Below, one piece after another: positions 49,239-64,000 of a stretch of DNA of 64,000 nt (position 1 is its first letter; each line of letters opens with the position of its first letter). The notes under the pieces are model-generated. The model was not told where the DNA came from and did no database searches. It saw only the letters and a list, made by a program, of their open reading frames with translations. The position numbers were made by a program, and so were the translations under genes. The stretch comes from the human T2T-CHM13v2.0 reference genome, Homo sapiens: NCBI RefSeq assembly GCF_009914755.1, contig NC_060926.1; one strand, given 5' to 3'.

Positions 49239-49428
49239 TGAGTTTTCTATTTGTGTGTGTTTTTATGATCATAAATGTCATCCTTTCACTTTCAGGTTTA
49301 GGACTTCTTGAACATTTCTTGTAGGTCTGGTCTAGTAGTAATGAATTCCCTCAGCTTTTGCTCGTCTGGAGAAGACTTTATTTCTCCTTCATTTATGAAG
49401 GATAATTTTGCTGATTATAGTATCTTTG

Positions 49429-49824
49429 TGATATGGTTTGGATTTGTGTCCCTGCCCAAATTTCATGTCAAATTGTAATCTTCAGTGTTGGAGGTGAGGC
49501 CTAGTGGGAAGTGACTGGATCATGGGGATGAACATGAACTTCCTCCTTGCTTTTCTCATGATAGTGAGTGACTTCTCATGAGATGTGGTTGTTTAAAAGT
49601 GTGTAGCATTTTCGCCTTCACTCTCTTCCTCCTGCTCCGACCCTGTAAGATGTGCCTCCTTCTCCTTCCTCTTTGCCTTCTGCCATGATTGTAAGTTTCC
49701 TGAGGACTCCCCAGCCATGCTTCCTATGCAGCTTGAAGAACCATGAGCCAATTTAATCTCTTTTCTTTATAAATTACCCAGGCTCAGATAGTTCTTTACA
49801 GCAGTGCAAGATCAGACTAATACA
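49429..49824 (+). mobile_element. MSTA/B MaLR solo LTR
   Basis: TGATATGGTTTGG...CTAATACA with 5-bp TSD CTTTG. Confidence 0.85.
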
Positions 49825-50200
49825 CTTTGGCTGGGAGTTTTTCCTTCAGCATTTTGAATATATCATTCTCTTATCTCCAATGAATATATTATTCTCTTTT
49901 CTCTTCTCTTTTCTCTGGGTCTGTAAGCTTCCTACTGAGAAACCTGCTGTAAGTCTGATGGGGGTTCCTTTATAGGTGACTAGATGCTTTTCTCTTTGCT
50001 GAATTTTTTTTTTTCCTCTTTGCTGTTTTTAGAATTCTCTTTGTCTTTGATTTATGGCAGTGGACTATAAATATGCCATGGAGAATACCTTTTTGCATTG
50101 TATTTGTTTGGGGATACCTGGGCCTCCTATATCTGGATATCTACCTCTCTTGCTAGACTTGGTGAGTTTTCATGTATTATTTCACTATTTCACTAAATAG

Positions 50201-50849
<649 letters not shown>

Positions 50850-50923
50850 ACTAAATAGGTTTTCTAATCCTTTTGTTCTCTCTTTGCTTTGAGATACCCC
50901 AGTAATTCAAATAAATATTTGGA

Positions 50924-51233
<310 letters not shown>

Positions 51234-51257
51234 TCACTTTATGGAGTTGCATATGCT

Positions 51258-51561
51258 TCTTTTTTTTTTTTTTTTTTTTGAGACAGAGTCTTGCTCTGTC
51301 GCCCAGGCTGGAGTGCAATGACATGATCTCGGCTCACTGCAACCTCTACCTCCTGGGTTCAAGCGATTCTCCTGCCTCAAGCTCGTGAGTAGCTGAGATT
51401 ACAGATGCCCATCACCACGCCCAGCTAATTTCTGTAATTTTAGTAGAGACAGGGTTTCACCATGTTGGCCAGGCTGGTCTTGAACTCATGACCTCAGATG
51501 ATCCACCTGCCTCGGCCTCCCAAAGTGCTGGGATTACAGGCATGAGCCACCGCATCTGGCC
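51258..51561 (-). mobile_element. AluS
   Basis: Antisense Alu, poly-T. Confidence 0.92.
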
Positions 51562-53374
51562 GACTTTGCTCATTTTTAAAAATTCTTTTACCCTTATTTT
51601 TTTTTTGACTATATCAGAAAAAAAAGACCTGTCTTTAAGTTCTGACATTCTTTCTTTTGCTTGATCTAGTCCATTGTTGAAGCTTTTGAATGTATTTTGT
51701 TTTTTATTCTATGAATTCTTCAGTTCTAGAATTTCTATGTGGTTCTTTTTTTCTGATATCTATTCTCTGGTAAATTTGTCATTCATATCCTGAATTGTTT
51801 TTCTGATTTCTTTGTATTGTTTTTTGGAAACTTTTTGTATCTCACTGAGCTCCTTTAGTATCGAAATTTTGAATTCTTTTTCTAGGATCTTATGAATTTC
51901 TTTTAGATTGAGATCTGTTGCTAGAGAATTATTGTGTTCCTTTGGAGATGTCATATTTCCATGCTTTTTAATGTTTTCTATGTCCTTTACCTTGATATCT
52001 GTGCATCTGGTATAATAGTCACTTTTTCCAGTTTTTTTAATTTACTTTTGTAGGGAAGAACTTTTTCCTGAAGATGTATCTTTAGTATTGCTTGGGTAGA
52101 GCACAGTGGCTTTGATTCTAGGTGGGTGCAATAGCGTAGGATCAGTATGACTTATTTGGCTGTAAACAGCATCAGTGGTGTCTGTGATTTCATCAGTGAC
52201 TTAGGGTGCAGTTGTTAGTGGAGGCTGTGGTAAAGTTTTGCTGGGGCCTGGAATGCCAAGTAGGCCAGTCTTCAGGTCGCAGTGGTGGTAGTTGTGGATT
52301 GAGCATGCCTGTCCCTGGGCCCCAGAGTGTGTCTGCTGGCACCAGTGTTAGCAGGCCAATTCTTGAGCCTCCAGGTAGCTTGATCAGGTGCTGGGAATGG
52401 CAGCAGTGGGCCAGGCTGTTGGGTGGGTTCTTGAGCCCCTGGGCAGTGGATGTAGCATGGGAAATGGCAACAGCAGTGGTGGGACAACCCTCTGGGTCCT
52501 AACTGATCAGCATTGGTTTTGGCAGTGACTGTGATTTGTTGATTGGGCCAGTCTCCATATCCACAGGTGGTGCATGGCAATGAGTGCCAGCTGTGGTGGT
52601 AGCAGCAGGTTAAGTGGGCCCTATCTCAGGCCCCAGGTTGAGTGCGCAGGTGCCACTGGTAATGGACTGGGCTGGACAATACCTAGTCCCCTGGACATTG
52701 CTCTCAGGTACTGGTAGGGGCTGGAGCCAGGACAGGCTGTGTGCCCTTAGGTTCCTCGGTGGTGCGTAAAGATGCCGGCTGTGGTTTATAAGGGTGGGGT
52801 GAGTGTCCCAGGCCACCAGCAGAATGTTCAGGTGGAGACAGCAGCATGTTGTGTCGCTGCGACTAAGGAGAGTGAAGTTGCTTCCCCTGGGAGCAGCCAT
52901 AGGTAGGCAGCATCACCTGTGCGTCGGCCCACAGCGGTCTTTAGCCACAGCAGCTGCAGGCAGTGGAATTTGTCCTCAGGGTTCATGAGAATGCTCAGCC
53001 ACCCCTCTGCATGGTTAGAAGGGGCAAGATTGCCACCCGTGCTGCCACCTCAGCCCAGGTTGCCGGGCAAGACATAATCCAGTGGAGTGGAGGCCATGGC
53101 ACTGTGCTGCCACTTTTCAAAACTCAGGGGCTTGTGGGGACAGCGTGAGCTCTCTGGAGCAATGCCTTCATGCAGCTTTCAGGAAACTCCCTTTGTGAGT
53201 CTTGGGACCCACAGGGGTCAAGGGACCCTTCTATGGCTAGGATTGTAGAAGTCTGCAACAGGAATGTGGACAGCTGAGAGTCTCTCACTTAGCCTTTCTG
53301 AGCATTGGGGAATTTCTCTCTTCTCCCAGCCAACTGTAGCGGAGCAGGCTGCCTTGCCTCCTTCCCTTTCCTTA

Positions 53375-53869
53375 TGTTTTAGGCCATTTTTGCATTGCTA
53401 TGAAGAAATACCAGAGGTCTATGGGAAAAATGGAAGGATGGAAGGAAGGAGGGAGGGAGGGAGACGGGAGGGATGGAGACCTGAGACTGGATAATTAATA
53501 AGAAAAGAGGTTTAATTCGTTCATCGTTCTGCAAGCTGTTCAGGAAGCATAGTTTGACATCTGCTTGGCTTCTAGGGAGGCCTCCAGGAGGTTTTATTTA
53601 TGGCAGAAGGCAAAGGGGAAGCAGGCACGTCACATGGCGAAAGCAGGAGCAAGTGAGAGAGCACTGTGGGAAGAGGTGCCACACACTTTAAACAACCAAA
53701 TCTTGTGAACTCAGAGTGAGAGCTCACTTTTCACCAAGGGAATGGCCCAAGCCATTCGTGAGGAATCCACCCCCATGATCCAAACACCTCCCACTAGACC
53801 CCACTGCCAACATTGGGGGTTACATTTCAACATGAGATTTGGGTGGGGACAAATTTCCAAACTATATCA
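53375..53869 (-). mobile_element. MST MaLR solo LTR with a GGA-rich insert
   Basis: tgttttaggcc...aactatatca with TSD CCTTA. Confidence 0.8.
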
Positions 53870-54049
53870 CCTTAATGTGTTTTCCGTCACTTCTCTGTTG
53901 AATTTGTGTTCTCTCTTGGATGATCTGTATGTATGTAATTATCTACTCACTATTTTGGTTCATAGTGGAGGAGGTAAGTAAGAGATGCCTCTAATCAGCC
54001 ACCTTTTGAAGCCCTCTCCTAACCTTGATCTCAGAGTATTGATTTTTTG

Positions 54050-54945
54050 AAAACTTTTTATTTCAATAGCTTTTGGGGTACAAGAGGTTTTTTGTTACAT
54101 GGATGAATTATATAGTGGTGAAGTCTGAGACTTTAGTGCACCCATCACCAGAGTAGTGAACATTATACCTACTGTGTAGTTTTTTATCCCTAGCTCCCCT
54201 TCCACCCTCCCTCTTTTGCATCTCTAACATCCATTATATCACTCTGTATGGCTTTGCATACTCATCGCTTAGCTCCTACTTACAAGTGGGAATATATATG
54301 GTTTTTGGTTTTACTTCACTTAGAATAATGGCCTCTAGCTCCATCCAAGTTGCCTAAAAACACATTATTTCATTCCTTTTTATGGCTGAGTAGTATTCTA
54401 TAAGTCATTTTGGATTGCTGGATTGAATGATAGATCTATGTTTAGCTCTTTAAGGTATCTCCATACTGTTTTCCATAGAAGTTTGTACTAATTTGCATTC
54501 CCACCAGCGGTGTATAAGTGTTCCCTTTTCCCCACATCCACGCAAACATCTGTTGTTTTTGACTTTTTTTGAAACGTAGTCTCTCTCTGTCGCCCAGGCC
54601 GGGGTGCAGTGGCACAATCTCGGCTCACCGCAACCTCTGCTTCCCAGGTTCAAGCTGTTCTCCCTCAGTCTCCTGTGTAGCTGGGATTAAGGTGGTATCT
54701 CACTGTGGCTTTAAGTTGCATTTCCCTGATGATTATGATGTTGAGCATTTTTTAATATGTTGGCCATTTTTATATATCCTTTTCAGAAATGTCTATTCAT
54801 GTCCTTTGCCCACTTTTTAATGGGATTATTTGGGGTTTTTTATTGCTGATTTGTTGAGTCCTTGTAGATTCTGGATACTAGTGCTTTGTCAGATGCGTAG
54901 TTTGCAGATATTTTCTCCCATTGTGTGAGTGGTCTCTACTCTGTG
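54050..54945 (-). mobile_element. L1PB-like 3' end with an Alu fragment (54563-54690)
   Basis: gcttttggggtacaag..ttacatggatgaattatatagtggtgaagtctgaga L1PB 3' motif. Confidence 0.75.
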
Positions 54946-54970
54946 GGCCAACACAGTCTTGATCTCCTGA

Positions 54971-55470
<500 letters not shown>

Positions 55471-56754
55471 AGCTTATGGTTTCTTGAGTTTAAAGCTGTG
55501 TTTTTGACATTTAAATCTTAATCCATCTGGAGTTTATTTGTTTATAATATGGTATGAAGTCTTTTTTAATATCAATAACTTTTTCAACCTTAATTATTGA
55601 ATAGCCTTTCTCCATTAACCTAATATTATGGTTAAAAATATGTTTGCGTTTGTCTGAACTTGTTTTCTATTCCATTGGTTGTCTGTGCCTTTGCTGATAC
55701 TATATTGTCTTTATTATTTTTCTATAGCCTTAGAGTAAATCATGATATCTAGGAGAGTAAGTCCTCTCTTTCTTCTCTTCAAAAGTATCCTGGCTATTCT
55801 TGGTTTTTTACTTTCCCATATACGTTTAGAATTTTGTCATATTCCATGAAAAACTTCATTGCGATTAATTGGAATTGCGTGGAATCTGTAGTTTTATAAT
55901 TTCCCCTGTGGAACGCCTTCACACATCTTTTGGTAAAGTTTTTCCTAGACTCTTGATATTCTTTGATACCATTGTAAATGCTGTCTTCTTTGTAATTATA
56001 TTTTCTAAATATTTGCTACTAGTATCCAAAAATGGAACTGACTTTGTATATTAATCCTATATCTACTTTGTGAAACTCTGTTGTTTCTAATTACCTATAG
56101 ATTCTTCTAGATTTTTTATATAAACAGTCATACCATCTGAAAAACCATTTCTTTTTTAATCTTTATGCCTCATGTCTTATTTTTTTATTTATTTTTGAGA
56201 CAGAGCCTCGCCTGTTACCTAGGCTCAAACATGATCCTCCCACTTGCATCTCCCAAAGTGTTGGGATTGCAGGCATGAGCCACCACTCCTGGCCACCTCC
56301 TGTCTTTTTAAAGCTTTATTTTACAGGCTAGGGTATTTAATACAATGTGGATTAGCAGTAGTGATAGTGTACTAATGTTTTATTTAGGATTTTTGCATTT
56401 AGATTTGTCATAAAATGGGTCTTTGATTTTTCCTTTCTGTAAGTAGTTGGATATTGGTTTAAAGTTATGCTGATTTTATAGAATAACTTGGGGATTATTC
56501 TTGCTTTTTATTTTGTCTAAACGAGTTTGTATGAAATTGGGATGATCTGTCCCTTGAAAATTTGATAGAACTCACCTTAAAAACCATCTATTCCTCCTGT
56601 TTTCTTTGGTGGACAATTTTTAACTATTTGATTTTTAAATATAGTATTATGCTTCTTAAATTTTTTGTGAGTCAGTAAAGCTTTATTTTTAAAGGAATTG
56701 TTATCCATTTCCATTGAGTTTTCATTATTATTGACAAATAGTTATTCATAATAA

Positions 56755-57066
<312 letters not shown>

Positions 57067-57676
57067 TAGATATGCTTCCTTTTACACTGTATTATTTTTT
57101 GGAACTTCTGTCTTTTGATCAGTTTTATTAAAAGGTGTCTATTTTGATAGCTGTGTTAAAAGAGCTGACTCTTGGCTTATTGATTTTTTTTTCCATCTCA
57201 TTAATTTCCTCTTTAATTTCTGCAGAGAATAACCTGTCTCTGAGGGAGGAAGGACATAGATTATTTCTTGCTTACTCTCTGACTGGTCCCTATTCAGATT
57301 GTTGACCAATCACCAATTTTTGAGCCCCACACATGACACCTCCCTCAACAATATCTGTTGCCTCCAATTCTGAGCATTTCAGTTCTGCAGAATATTTGCC
57401 AGGTTCTCATGTGTTTCCTTGTGCAGGTCCTTAGGTTATAGCTTTCTTCCTGCTTCTAATTCAGTTCATCCTCCTCCGTAATTCAGTTTTCCAAAGATGT
57501 GTTGAAATTTCTCTTATCCTTATATCTTTTCTCCTTTTCTCTTTGCGCAATGTGTTCTACCTTTTAAAATCTCTTATTCTCACTTCAGTGTGTTTTGAAA
57601 AGGTCAGGAGATAGTTACGCATGTGGTCAATCCACCATTTTTTAACCCCAGGCAAATAAATCTTGTTCTAAAATAG

Positions 57677-57781
57677 GCATTAACTGAACGTCTGGATGCT
57701 CTTCTTCTGGAAAAAGCAGAGACTGAGCAACAGTGTCTTTCTCTGAAAAAGGAAAATATAAAAATGAAGCAAGAGGTTGAG
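57677..57781 (+). CDS. GCC2: GCC2 exon 5 (105 nt, ALTERLDALLLEKAETEQQCLSLKKENIKMKQEVE)
   Basis: aaatag| acceptor, GAG|gtaagt donor; contains in-frame Met102 (57764). Confidence 0.96.
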
Positions 57782-58343
57782 GTAAGTCAATATTTTAGTG
57801 TTCTTTTCTTTTTTATTAACATATAGTGTAGTCATTAATTTTAGAGGTAAGACTTTAAAAAGCATCTAATCTGATTAATATTTTATAATATAAACAAACC
57901 GAGATTGAGATTTTAAAAGAAAAATAACTGAATCACCTAACTATACAGCAACAGAGGTGACATTTACTTTTGTTGCATTATCTTTTTTATAGCTATAATG
58001 CCATCTTTACTAAAAGCGAAAAAAAGTAAGTTGATTTTCACACATGACTAAATACCATTATCTCTTTAGTTCTACGGTATTCAGAGGCATTTCTTGCCTA
58101 TTTCTTGCCTATTAGGTCTGGGCTAATTTGAGTAATAGATTTAATATTGTAGATATATATTGTCATACTTTAGATAGGCAGCACCTAAGGAGAGTTATTG
58201 GAATATCAGTATCATGTTTCTCCAAATACATTTCTGCTCATTTACTTTTCTCTCTACTTAGCTTGTGGCTAATATTTTTCCTAAGGTCAGAGGCTCCTTT
58301 TGTCTTACTTAAATAATTTATGTGTGCTTATTTTTTGTAATAG

Positions 58344-60809
58344 GATTCTGTAACAAAGATGGGAGATGCACATAAGGAGTTGGAACAATCACATATAAAC
58401 TATGTGAAAGAAATTGAAAATTTGAAAAATGAGTTGATGGCAGTACGTTCCAAATACAGTGAAGACAAAGCTAACTTACAAAAGCAGCTGGAAGAAGCAA
58501 TGAATACGCAATTAGAACTTTCAGAACAACTTAAATTTCAGAACAACTCTGAAGATAATGTTAAAAAACTACAAGAAGAGATTGAGAAAATTAGGCCAGG
58601 CTTTGAGGAGCAAATTTTATATCTGCAAAAGCAATTAGACGCTACCACTGATGAAAAGAAGGAAACAGTTACTCAACTCCAAAATATCATTGAGGCTAAT
58701 TCTCAGCATTACCAAAAAAATATTAATAGTTTGCAGGAAGAGCTTTTACAGTTGAAAGCTATACACCAAGAAGAGGTGAAAGAGTTGATGTGCCAGATTG
58801 AAGCATCAGCTAAGGAACATGAAGCAGAGATAAATAAGTTGAACGAGCTAAAAGAGAACTTAGTAAAACAATGTGAGGCAAGTGAAAAGAACATCCAGAA
58901 GAAATATGAATGTGAGTTAGAAAATTTAAGGAAAGCCACCTCAAATGCAAACCAAGACAATCAGATATGTTCTATTCTCTTGCAAGAAAATACATTTGTA
59001 GAACAAGTAGTAAATGAAAAAGTCAAACACTTAGAAGATACCTTAAAAGAACTTGAATCTCAACACAGTATCTTAAAAGATGAGGTAACTTATATGAATA
59101 ATCTTAAGTTAAAACTTGAAATGGATGCTCAACATATAAAGGATGAGTTTTTTCATGAACGGGAAGACTTAGAGTTTAAAATTAATGAATTATTACTAGC
59201 TAAAGAAGAACAGGGCTGTGTAATTGAAAAATTAAAATCTGAGCTAGCAGGTTTAAATAAACAGTTTTGCTATACTGTAGAACAGCATAACAGAGAAGTA
59301 CAGAGTCTTAAGGAACAACATCAAAAAGAAATATCAGAACTAAATGAGACATTTTTGTCAGATTCAGAAAAAGAAAAATTAACATTAATGTTTGAAATAC
59401 AGGGTCTTAAGGAACAGTGTGAAAACCTACAGCAAGAAAAGCAAGAAGCAATTTTAAATTATGAGAGTTTACGAGAGATTATGGAAATTTTACAAACAGA
59501 ACTGGGGGAATCTGCTGGAAAAATAAGTCAAGAGTTCGAATCAATGAAGCAACAGCAAGCATCTGATGTTCATGAACTGCAGCAGAAGCTCAGAACTGCT
59601 TTTACTGAAAAAGATGCCCTTCTCGAAACTGTGAATCGCCTCCAGGGAGAAAATGAAAAGTTACTATCTCAACAAGAATTGGTACCAGAACTTGAAAATA
59701 CCATAAAGAACCTTCAAGAAAAGAATGGAGTATACTTACTTAGTCTCAGTCAAAGAGATACCATGTTAAAAGAATTAGAAGGAAAGATAAATTCTCTTAC
59801 TGAGGAAAAAGATGATTTTATAAATAAACTGAAAAATTCCCATGAAGAAATGGATAATTTCCATAAGAAATGTGAAAGGGAAGAAAGATTGATTCTTGAA
59901 CTTGGGAAGAAAGTAGAGCAAACAATCCAGTACAACAGTGAACTAGAACAAAAGGTAAATGAATTAACAGGAGGACTAGAGGAGACTTTAAAAGAAAAGG
60001 ATCAAAATGACCAAAAACTAGAAAAACTTATGGTTCAAATGAAAGTTCTCTCTGAAGACAAAGAAGTATTGTCAGCTGAAGTGAAGTCTCTTTATGAGGA
60101 AAACAATAAACTCAGTTCAGAAAAAAAACAGTTGAGTAGGGATTTGGAGGTTTTTTTGTCTCAAAAAGAAGATGTTATCCTTAAAGAACATATTACTCAA
60201 TTAGAAAAGAAACTTCAGTTAATGGTTGAAGAGCAAGATAATTTAAATAAACTGCTTGAAAATGAGCAAGTTCAGAAGTTATTTGTTAAAACTCAGTTGT
60301 ATGGTTTTCTTAAAGAAATGGGATCAGAAGTTTCAGAAGACAGTGAAGAGAAAGATGTTGTTAATGTCCTACAGGCAGTCGGTGAATCCTTGGCAAAAAT
60401 AAATGAGGAAAAATGCAACCTGGCTTTTCAGCGTGATGAAAAAGTATTAGAGTTAGAAAAAGAGATTAAGTGCCTTCAAGAAGAGAGTGTAGTTCAGTGT
60501 GAAGAACTTAAGTCTTTATTGAGAGACTATGAGCAAGAGAAAGTTCTCTTAAGGAAAGAGTTAGAAGAAATACAGTCAGAAAAAGAGGCCCTGCAGTCTG
60601 ATCTTCTAGAAATGAAGAATGCTAATGAAAAAACAAGGCTTGAAAATCAGAATCTTTTAATTCAAGTTGAAGAAGTATCTCAAACATGTAGCAAAAGTGA
60701 AATCCATAATGAAAAAGAAAAATGTTTTATAAAGGAACATGAAAACCTAAAGCCACTACTAGAACAAAAAGAATTACGAGATAGGAGAGCAGAGTTGATA
60801 CTATTAAAG
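58344..60809 (+). CDS. GCC2: GCC2 exon 6, 2466-nt coiled-coil exon (DSVTKMGDAHKELEQ...RRAELILLK)
   Basis: 821-aa E/K/L/Q-rich ORF 58359..60824; taatag| acceptor, AAG|gtacca donor; recognised as GCC185 coiled coil. Confidence 0.98.
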
Positions 60810-61519
60810 GTACCATTCATTTGAATTCTATTGTTTCAAATAAATTCTTAGTTCAACTCTACAATATATACGTTAAACATTTTTACACCTTGACGTCAAA
60901 AGTAAATTTTTACCATTTAAGCCCAAGTGGCAACTTTCTGAAAAGTGCATTAGACATTTCCATGTTGTATGTCCAGTTTATTACATTTATTTTTGGGGAG
61001 TTTTAGATACTTTTAAAATCTTGAGTTTATAGAAGATTAAATGATTAGGGGTTTAAATGTCTTGATCAGAAGTTTATTAGTCACTAGCAAAACAACTAAA
61101 CATGAAAAAACTTGAGTTTCATTCTCGTGTGATATGCTTAGTTATTTTTTGTAAAGAGCACTTTTTAAGTAAGAGCTGTGGTGGTATTGCTAAAATTTTA
61201 GGGTTTTCTTTAAAAATTAAAGATTAAAAATCGTTTAATCTTCTCCTTATTACACATGTATTTAATGTATCAGGTTGTTTATCTTGGCCTTGGTTACTAC
61301 TTTTTTTTTTTTTAATAGTAAATGCCATATGCATAGTAAGGTCAGTATTAATTTTCTGGTCTAACAAGGGAAAATCTGTTGACCAAATTGGTTTCTGTAG
61401 GAATTCTCTTTGATAGTGATTTTCTTATGCTTAACATGATGGCCAGTTCATTATGGAAAATGAATTCTGATTCTGGTTTTTGTTTTGTTTTGTGTTTTTT
61501 TTTCCCCTGTAAAATCTAG

Positions 61520-61592
61520 GATTCCTTAGCAAAATCACCTTCTGTAAAAAATGATCCTCTGTCTTCAGTAAAAGAGTTGGAAGAAAAAATAG
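61520..61592 (+). CDS. GCC2: GCC2 exon 7 (73 nt, DSLAKSPSVKNDPLSSVKELEEKI)
   Basis: aatctag| acceptor after a T-rich tract, ATAG|gtaact donor; continues the exon 6 frame. Confidence 0.95.
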
Positions 61593-62563
61593 GTAACTAT
61601 GGTTTTGCAGATGTTGTCACAATTAATTAGACAGATTCTTGTTAGTGTTAGAATAGATTGGGAAATATAGTAGCCAAATAATGAGTTGTTAAAAACACAG
61701 TTCGTAGCTGTCTTTTCCTCGAGCTCACATTCTTGCCCCTCTAACACCTGTTTGCCTTCTCTTTCAAAAGTGTTACTTTCTATTGTTTAACCCAAGCAAG
61801 ATTGGTGTGATTTATAAATGGCTTCATGATTTATTTTGGATTTTTCATTCATTTAGCAAATTTTATTTAAATGCCCAACTATTCTAGACCCTGGTGATAG
61901 AAAAGTGGTTGAGGTACAGACCATGTGCTCAGAGATCTCACTGTTGTTTGAGGTGTGGACAAGATACAGTACTAACAGCATAGGAACTTAACACTGTTTT
62001 GAGTTAAAAAAAAAAAAAAAGCAGCGTAGAATAGGGTTTTCAGCCAAGTCTTGAAGAATGAGAAATTTTACACAGGAAGAAAGGTATTCTAGGAAGAAGG
62101 AAGAGCAGGTGCTTGTAGGTTGACATATAGCATACATCAAGGCACGTACTAGGAAGTTCCTGGAGAGGTAGGAGCCTGATCATAAACACACTAGTATGAT
62201 TGATATGCAGAGGAGTTAGGACTTTATCTTATCCATTTATTCCTCACAGTAACATTATAGGATAGCTCTTTTATTCCCATATAAGAATCAGGAAACGAAG
62301 ACTTAGAAGTATGTAATGTGCCAATGATCCCTGAATTTAGTACCCTATTAGATTAGGGTAAGGGAAGTTGAAGAGTTTAGAATGACTCCCAGTTGTCTAT
62401 AATGGGTGATTGGGGCAGATTGGGATGTTCAGTTTTAGAATTAAGTTTAAATACCAGTCCAAGTAAAGATGTTAGAATGCTATGCAAATCTGGAGTTAAG
62501 GGGAGAGAGCTAAGCTAGAGATAAATACTTCTAGTTAAAGAGTGGTCATTAAAAGCCAGGAGA

Positions 62564-62879
<316 letters not shown>

Positions 62880-64000
62880 TCAAATTACCAAGGGAGTATA
62901 GCCAAAAGATGGAGACCAGAGACATTTTTCCATTCATGTAAACATAGAGAAGATAGAGACAACACAGGAAATTGAGAAGGAACAGCTAGTAAGGTAGGAA
63001 AACCTGGGACATAAAATGTCTTGAAAGCTAAGGCAAGTGACATGGAAGTGAAAGAAGTGCTTCAAGAGGGAAAAAGCCATTGCTAGTGCTGCTGATGTAT
63101 CAAATAAGATGAGTACTGAGACCTGACCACTGCGTTAAGCAACATAGAGGTCAGTGTCCATGACATGCTGGAACCAGAGCTTGATTGCAGTTGGTTCTAG
63201 AAAAAAATGGGGGAGGCAATGTTTGAGAGCATATATAGACAACTCTTTTCAAGGGATTTGCTATAGGGAGAAAAAAAGCGATGGGACAAAACTAGAGGGA
63301 CCGGGTGGTTTAATTTTTTTATTTTAGAGGGGCAGTGTGGTTTAATTTTTTATTTTATGGGAAGAATAACAGCATGTTTAAGATGTTCACCTGTCCCCTA
63401 CCCTCTTTAACTGCTTTCACTATTTGTTCCTGGCCTTAATTTCTTGATGATAATTTTTCTTGTTGCATGTTTATAAAATAGGAAAAAATCGACTAGAAAG
63501 GGGAAAATTATTGCTGCAGAAGAAGGAGGGAGAATTGTTGCTCTGATGCTTGAGTAGGTAATGAGACGCAGGATGAAATGCAGATGTGGAACAATTGGCC
63601 TTTGCTCCGCACACAGACACTTCACTATGGCAGCCAGAGGGAAGGCACCGGTGCAAGTAAATTAATAGGCCAGGACAGAAATTCAGATCATAACTGAATT
63701 TTTAGAAACAAATACGAAGAAGTCCTGAACTCAGGAGTTCAAGCTAAAGAAGTTAACAGAGATCAATATTGGATAGGTAAAACATATTACACGTTTCGTT
63801 GTGAAAATCAGACCCAGCAGCCAAGAGGAGGAGTGCACTTATGGAGCATAAATGTTGATCTGCATCTGATATCTCTGATACTTGATCCTAATTTGCACAC
63901 TATCACCTAAAGTCCTAGCATACCTGCATTTCCAGGAAATCTAATGAGAAAGAAGTCCTGAAAGCCTCTAATTCCTGGAAACATATGAAACGGCTAGAAA

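Noticed and set aside
58344-61592. RGPD paralogue instead of GCC2
   Set aside because: RGPD genes carry only the 3' GRIP-encoding GCC2 exons; this window has the promoter and N-terminal exons

Overview
Human (primate) genomic DNA, mostly interspersed repeats, containing the 5' part of GCC2 (GCC185, a trans-Golgi GRIP-domain golgin) on the + strand. Its CpG-island promoter is at about 37.6-38.3 kb, and seven coding exons (37994-61592) splice at GT-AG boundaries into one frame (MEDLVQDGVASPATPG...VKELEEKI), including a 2466-nt coiled-coil exon. The gene continues past the window. Upstream are a disabled SMIM12 processed pseudogene (12358-12635 plus UTR), a near full-length degenerate L1PA (17.9-24.9 kb), a two-LTR LOR1/MER4-group ERV1 provirus with a tRNA-Glu primer binding site (25.7-33.4 kb), a MER61-like solo LTR, other LTR/DNA/LINE fragments and about 40 Alus. 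Intron 4 is filled by an old antisense L1. I found no new protein-coding gene or novel biological system. The best leads are regulatory or structural: a 91-bp Z-DNA-prone tract with four CACGTG E-boxes, a p53-like site in the MER61 LTR, a uORF and a DR1 site, an exon-3-skipping/re-initiation route, a candidate intronic polyadenylation site after exon 6, and several templated-insertion repair scars. Repeat subfamily names come from recalled consensus sequences, and repeat edges are approximate.
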